Source: Parcubacteria bacterium C7867-006 (GTDB lineage Bacteria > Patescibacteriota > Minisyncoccia > Phycocordibacterales > DATDWN01). From it: a DNA stretch of 58,438 bases. Each line of letters starts with the position of its first letter. Within the stretch, counting starts at the first letter, position 1. The stretch spans positions 1-58,438 of the forward strand of contig LFCP01000007.1 of assembly GCA_001189155.1 (NCBI GenBank), in the 5' to 3' direction. Positions 51,603-58,438 of this stretch are shown one piece after another. The translations under genes and the position numbers were made by a program. The notes below the pieces were generated by a model. The model saw only the letters and a list, made by a program, of their open reading frames with translations, had not been told where the DNA came from and searched no databases.

Positions 51603-52907
51603 ATGTTGAGGCGATTGCTTCTAATAGTTTTATTACTTTCGTTCAATACTGCTTATGCAGAAGTTAGTCAGTTTGTTTTTATTACAGAACCTCAAATAAT
51701 ACCAGTTAACACAAACTCTGAAACCATTACTATTCAGTCTCAGAATTCAGATGGTATCTCCGAAAATATAACAGAGACAAATGATTTGGTGTTTTCATCC
51801 ACTTCCGGAACAGGGGAGTTTCTAAGCACTTCTGGCAATCCTGTTACAACAACAATGTCAAAAAATACAGCTAATAAGAATTTTCTGTATAAAGACTCTA
51901 CTCCTGGTACTTACACAATTACAGTTACAGCAACAGGTAGGACAAATTTGAAAACTTTTTCTGCAAGCCAACAGATTGTTGTTGGATCTTCTGCCTCTGG
52001 TAACACAGATACAGCAACAACAACACAAGAGGAGGTGACTTCGACTTCCCCACCGCAGACAAATAATTATTCGGCACATTCATCACCTGCTCCACTTAGT
52101 ACAACTGAAAATAAAATAGATTTTGAAATATCGGCTGGTCGGGACAGACTAACATCTGTTGGTAATCAAGTTGTTTTAAAAGCCGTAGCAACAAAGACTC
52201 AAAATGTTTCAGAACAAAACATCTCCTACGCTTGGTCGTTTGGGGATGGAACTGTTGGTTTGGGTAGCACAGTTAGTCACTCATATAGGTTTCCTGGAAA
52301 TTATAATGTGGTTCTGAATGGCTCATATTCTGATAAACAAGCTGTAAGCAGAATATCTATTAAAGTTGTTTTGTCAGAGCTAACAATATCAAGGCTTGTT
52401 GGTGGATATGAGGTTACAAATAAGTCAAAATCTGAGATTAATTTGGGTGACTGGAGTCTGGTAAGTGACAAAAAATCTTTTGTTTTTCCCGCAGATACTC
52501 TTATTCCATCTGGAGAGAAAATAGTTTTTGCTGACGAGATAACTGGTTTAATGGATGGGGAAGTAAAACTTTTAAATCCTTTAGGGAAGTCTTTTGCAGT
52601 CTATACGAGCAATATTGGTTTAGTTGCTGGAGCAAATATTAGCAATACTGAAGTTATTGATGTTGAGAAAATTCAGGCTAAAATAGATGAAGTGAAAAAT
52701 ACAGTCTCTCAAATCTCAACTCAAATTAACCCAAAACCTTCGGTAAAAGTTGCAACAGAAAAAGCTCCAGAGACTCCTAAAAATGAGGACCAGTTAGCTA
52801 ATGTTGTTCAGGTTTTTGAAGCTCCACAGAGAAATGGTCTTTCTGCACAGATAATGTCTTGGCCGGTTAGGGGTTTTAGTTTTATAAAACACCTATTTGT
52901 TGAATAA
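51603..52907 (+). CDS. Secreted protein with PKD-like and lamin-tail (LTD) domains
   Basis: 434 aa. Signal peptide, PKD signature YAWSFGDGTVGLGSTVSHSYRFPGNYNV, and LTD-like LGDWSLVSDKKSFVFPADTLIPSGEKIVF. Confidence 0.7.
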   Translation: MLRRLLLIVLLLSFNTAYAEVSQFVFITEPQIIPVNTNSETITIQSQNSDGISENITETNDLVFSSTSGTGEFLSTSGNPVTTTMSKNTANKNFLYKDSTPGTYTITVTATGRTNLKTFSASQQIVVGSSASGNTDTATTTQEEVTSTSPPQTNNYSAHSSPAPLSTTENKIDFEISAGRDRLTSVGNQVVLKAVATKTQNVSEQNISYAWSFGDGTVGLGSTVSHSYRFPGNYNVVLNGSYSDKQAVSRISIKVVLSELTISRLVGGYEVTNKSKSEINLGDWSLVSDKKSFVFPADTLIPSGEKIVFADEITGLMDGEVKLLNPLGKSFAVYTSNIGLVAGANISNTEVIDVEKIQAKIDEVKNTVSQISTQINPKPSVKVATEKAPETPKNEDQLANVVQVFEAPQRNGLSAQIMSWPVRGFSFIKHLFVE

Positions 52908-52913
52908 TTTCAT

Positions 52914-53073
52914 TTGACTTCATTGTGGTTTTTCTGTATTGTTATGCCTGTAAGGTCAAAGACAGGTGGTGGGTTTTAACCCTTAATTTCCGCCCGAGAC
53001 TCACAAAAGACAATAGTCACTTGTGAAATTTCTCGACCTTAGGTCGGTTTTTTATTTATCAAAAAATACAATT
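52914..53073 (+). promoter_or_regulatory. rplJ promoter plus structured leader with a terminator-like hairpin (putative L10 leader/attenuator)
   Basis: TTGACT (52914-52919)-N17-TATTGT, then CCTGTAAGGTCAAAGACAGG and other stems, then CTCGACC-TTA-GGTCGGTTTTTT ending ~20 nt before the rplJ ATG. Confidence 0.5.
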
Positions 53074-53571
53074 ATGGCAATTACAAAAGCAAAGAAAGGA
53101 GAAATTCTTGAAAAACTAAAAGGTATAGTAAAGGATTCTTCATCAATTGTATTTATAAACTTTCACGCTCTTCCAGTAACTGAAAGTTCTGAGATTCGAA
53201 AGACTCTTAGAACTAAAGGTGTGGGATATACTATTGCAAAAAAATCTCTAACAAAGAAAGCTTTAAACGAAGCTGGATTTGAGGGAACTCTACCAGATAT
53301 GCCTGGAGAAACAGGAATAGTATATAGTGCAGATCCATTGGACTCTGCTAGAGAGATTTATACATTCCAAAAGAAGTTTGATGGAAAAATTAAAATTCTT
53401 GGAGGAGTGTTTGATGGTAAGTTTATGGATATGGAGGCAATGGTTTCTGTGGCTCAAATCCCAGGACTAAAAACTCTACAAGCTCAGTTCGTCAACCTTA
53501 TCAATTCACCTATACAGGGATTTGTTATGGCGCTAAGTGAGATAGCAAAAAGTAAAGAAGCAAACAGTTAA
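53074..53571 (+). CDS. rplJ: 50S ribosomal protein L10
   Basis: MAITKAKKGEILEKLKG... from the ATG at 53074, followed by rplL. Confidence 0.9.
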   Translation: MAITKAKKGEILEKLKGIVKDSSSIVFINFHALPVTESSEIRKTLRTKGVGYTIAKKSLTKKALNEAGFEGTLPDMPGETGIVYSADPLDSAREIYTFQKKFDGKIKILGGVFDGKFMDMEAMVSVAQIPGLKTLQAQFVNLINSPIQGFVMALSEIAKSKEANS

Positions 53572-53588
53572 TAATTAATTAAAATAAT

Positions 53589-53990
53589 ATGGAAGAAACA
53601 ACAAAAGCAGTAGTAGAAACTCCAGCAAAATTCAAGGCTGTAGTTGAAGCTATAGAAAAAATGTCAGTACTAGATCTACACGAGCTAGTAAAGCACCTAG
53701 AAGAGAAGTTCGGTGTTTCAGCAGCAGCAGTTGCAGTAGCAGCTCCAGTAGCTGGAGGTGCAGCAGCGGCAGAAGAGAAGTCAACAGTTAATGTTGAACT
53801 AACAGATGGCGGTGCAACAAAGATTGCAGTTATCAAGATTGTTAAAGAAGCTCTAGGTCTTGGTTTGAAAGAGGCTAAAGATCTAGTTGATGCAGCTCCA
53901 AGTAAACTAAAGGATGGAATGAAGAAGGAGGATGCAGAGGCTTTGAAGAAATCTCTAGAAGAAGCTGGGGCTAAAGTAACACTGAAATAA
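53589..53990 (+). CDS. rplL: 50S ribosomal protein L7/L12
   Basis: 133 aa with an Ala-rich hinge ([19 protein letters not shown]) and a C-terminal domain ([24 protein letters not shown]). Confidence 0.95.
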   Translation: MEETTKAVVETPAKFKAVVEAIEKMSVLDLHELVKHLEEKFGVSAAAVAVAAPVAGGAAAAEEKSTVNVELTDGGATKIAVIKIVKEALGLGLKEAKDLVDAAPSKLKDGMKKEDAEALKKSLEEAGAKVTLK

Positions 53991-54145
53991 TTATTAAATT
54001 ATTTCAGGTTACTTTAGAGCCGCAGGCGCGAAGCCGATTGCAGTAGCAATCGCAGCCGAGGCGGGGTCGCAGAATTTTCCTTGCGTCGGCAAGGAAAATA
54101 TCTGTGACAAAGTGACACTAAAATAATCACTTTATTTAAAGTTTT

Positions 54146-54180
54146 AACGAAAAACCGAACAATTTGTTCGGTTTTTCGTT
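54146..54180 (+). terminator. Intrinsic terminator downstream of rplL
   Basis: AACGAAAAACCGAAC-AATT-TGTTCGGTTTTTCGTT. Confidence 0.75.
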
Positions 54181-54250
54181 ATTTTTCTGTAATTTATCAA
54201 AAAAAAGTCAATTATCGCTTTTATTAAAAGAGCTGTTATAATCAAAAACT

Positions 54251-54832
54251 ATGGAAACATTAGGGAAGTTATTCGGATCCGAGGCAAAGGTAAAAATAAT
54301 GAGACTTTTTCTGTTTAATCCAGAGACTGTTTTTGATACAGGAGAAATATCAGATAGAGCAAAAGTTGAACCACCGAAGGTTAGAAGAGAGATGTCCAAC
54401 CTGGAAAAAATGGGTTTGGTTAAAAGAAGATCTTCAGCTAAAAAAAGAGGGGGGCATGGTTTTGTTTTGGAGACACAGTTTCCTTATTTATTACAGTTAC
54501 AAAATTTTCTAATAAATATTGAGCCATTACAACCAAAAGAGATTATAAGAAAGGTTTCTAAGGTTGGAAGTATAAAACTTATAATCATTGCTGGTGTGTT
54601 TCTTCAAGAGGCAGAGAGTAGAGCAGATTTGCTTATTGTTGGAGATGGGATTAAAAAAGCTAGTTTAGAAAATCTAATAAAAACTCTTGAGGCAGAAATA
54701 GGTAAGGAATTGAGGTATGCCCACTTTACTACAGATGATTTTAAATATCGTATCAGTATGTTTGATAAATTGATTAGAGATATATTAGATTATCCTCACA
54801 AGAAGATTTTAAATAAGCTAAATATAGACTAA
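54251..54832 (+). CDS. Winged-helix (ArsR/MarR-like N-terminus) protein of unknown function
   Basis: 193 aa. The N-terminal KVKIMRLFLFNPETVFDTGEISDRAKVEPPKVRREMSNLEKMGLVKRR is wHTH-like. Confidence 0.5.
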   Translation: METLGKLFGSEAKVKIMRLFLFNPETVFDTGEISDRAKVEPPKVRREMSNLEKMGLVKRRSSAKKRGGHGFVLETQFPYLLQLQNFLINIEPLQPKEIIRKVSKVGSIKLIIIAGVFLQEAESRADLLIVGDGIKKASLENLIKTLEAEIGKELRYAHFTTDDFKYRISMFDKLIRDILDYPHKKILNKLNID

Positions 54833-54942
54833 TTTAAAGTTTTATTAGCCCGCTTTTCTTATTCACATATGTCTCTTGAGGGGTAGAAAATAGAAAATAG
54901 CCTATGTTATAATAAAGGTATTATTCATTTAATATAAGTTTT

Positions 54943-55629
54943 ATGGTTTTACAAACATGGGTAGATGTTTTGAAGTATTCCTTCGCTAATCTATGGACAG
55001 GTATAATTATGTTTATACCTAAATTGGTAGTTGCGTTGGTTATATTGTGCATTGGTTGGGCTGTTGGAGCTGCTATCTCAAAAGCAATTTCTCACTTTAT
55101 GAAAATGATAAAGTTTGATGAGGCTTTGAAGAAAGCTGGTTTTGAAGATCTAACAAAGAAAGCTGGTCTAGAGCTAAACTCAGGACACTTCTTGGGTTCT
55201 TTAGTAAAATACTTCGTCATCGTTGTATTTCTAATCGCAAGCTTTGATGTTCTAGGTCTTAATGAAGTAACAAGTTTCCTAAAGGGAGTTGTTGTTGATT
55301 ATCTTCCACACGTAATAGTTGCTGCACTAGTTCTTTTGGTTGGAGGTGTAGTAGGGGATATAATCGCTCGAATTGTTTCAGCTTCTGCAAAATCAGCAGG
55401 TCTAACATCTGCTGGATTTGTAAGTACAGTTTCAAAATGGGCAGTTTGGGTTTTTGCTATTCTAGTTGCTCTATCACAGATGGGCATTGCTGGAGCGTTT
55501 ATCCAGACTCTATTTACAGGTTTTGTTGTAGCAGTGTCACTTGCTCTAGGTCTATCTTTCGGACTTGGAGGACAGGAGGCTGCAGCTAAAACTATTGATA
55601 AGGTAAAGCAAAGCATTTCACACAACTAA
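54943..55629 (+). CDS. Membrane protein with conserved TM-helix repeats (mechanosensitive-channel-associated type)
   Basis: 228 aa with internally repeated helices (..LVVALVILCIGWAVGAAISKAI.. and ..VIVAALVLLVGGVVGDIIARIV..). Confidence 0.55.
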   Translation: MVLQTWVDVLKYSFANLWTGIIMFIPKLVVALVILCIGWAVGAAISKAISHFMKMIKFDEALKKAGFEDLTKKAGLELNSGHFLGSLVKYFVIVVFLIASFDVLGLNEVTSFLKGVVVDYLPHVIVAALVLLVGGVVGDIIARIVSASAKSAGLTSAGFVSTVSKWAVWVFAILVALSQMGIAGAFIQTLFTGFVVAVSLALGLSFGLGGQEAAAKTIDKVKQSISHN

Positions 55630-55653
55630 GTTTGTAAACAGACTTAACAAAAT

Positions 55654-55675
55654 ACTCCCGAAAGGGTGTTTTTTG
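55654..55675 (+). terminator. Intrinsic terminator
   Basis: ACTCCC-GAAA-GGGTGTTTTTTG. Confidence 0.7.
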
Positions 55676-56149
55676 TTACTCAAAATATGGCTTTATAAAT
55701 AGGTCTTTTGGGGGTTATTGATTATTTGACACTATATATGCACTAGTATATACTGTCCCTTATCTCAGATATGTTAATAAATCACTTAATTTCAAAGCGG
55801 TATAGGTAATACTCTTTTTTGAGTGTTGTCCGAAAAACTGCTTTAAAAGAAGCAGTTTTTCTTAACAAGGATCTGAAAGTAACTTGAAAATATTCCCAAG
55901 GGTTTGACGGAGTCCTACCCAAGGGTTCATGCCATCACACTTTTTAGAATTCGTGCCAGTACTGCAAAGTATTAGGTGCGGGGTCTTTTCGGAGATGTAG
56001 ATGGAAGTAAAAGTAAAAAATAGTTTTGTATTCTGATTGTAGGAATACAAAACAAAACTGTTATATGTTTAATTATATGTAACAGGACAAAGTAAAGACT
56101 TGGAATTGCGAGTGGTCGTGATTTCAAGTTTGTGGTTTTTAAATTTCCT

Positions 56150-58438
<2,289 letters not shown>

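Overview
AT-rich bacterial chromosome segment, roughly one-third G+C by eye. It has the hallmarks of a reduced-genome Candidate Phyla Radiation / Patescibacteria (Parcubacteria-like) organism. Housekeeping genes are tightly packed: polA, a holA-like gene, mutM, ruvA, ruvX, recO, recA, ftsK, ssb; argS, ileS, glyQS, metG; secE-nusG-rplK, rplJ-rplL, rpsF-ssb-rpsR, rpsT, rplS, efp; uppS, dut. There is also a pilM/N/O type IV pilus assembly cluster, 7 tRNA genes, and many small membrane or secreted proteins of unknown function, including two lamin-tail-domain proteins and a 1172-aa S/T/A/G-rich surface protein. The window ends with the first ~2.3 kb of a 23S rRNA gene. Stand-out observations: (1) An abrupt ~3.7 kb GC-rich island (about 22.4-26.1 kb) sits exactly where rplA would normally follow rplK. 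It carries five nucleotide-metabolism genes: a cytidylyltransferase-fold enzyme, an unknown-domain::dCMP-deaminase fusion, a HIT hydrolase, a divergent ThyA-family enzyme, and DHFR. (2) The isoleucyl-tRNA synthetase has a complete histidine-phosphatase (PGAM-like) domain inserted in its catalytic body, and it is preceded by a T-box leader. (3) Two families of long, structured, quasi-palindromic intergenic repeats show compensatory changes between copies. One family lies next to polA, holA and recA and contains the polA start codon. (4) A 272-nt ORF-less, group-I-like insertion interrupts the 23S rRNA at the E. coli 1931 site. (5) Smaller oddities: the tRNA-Lys 3' end is duplicated 160 nt downstream; a GC-rich perfect palindrome is inserted in-frame in a methyltransferase gene; a SpoU methyltransferase gene has no usable start after an in-frame TAA; and there are elaborate operator-like repeats upstream of a wHTH regulator and of the giant surface protein. 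All functional calls come from by-eye motif recognition. No searches were run.
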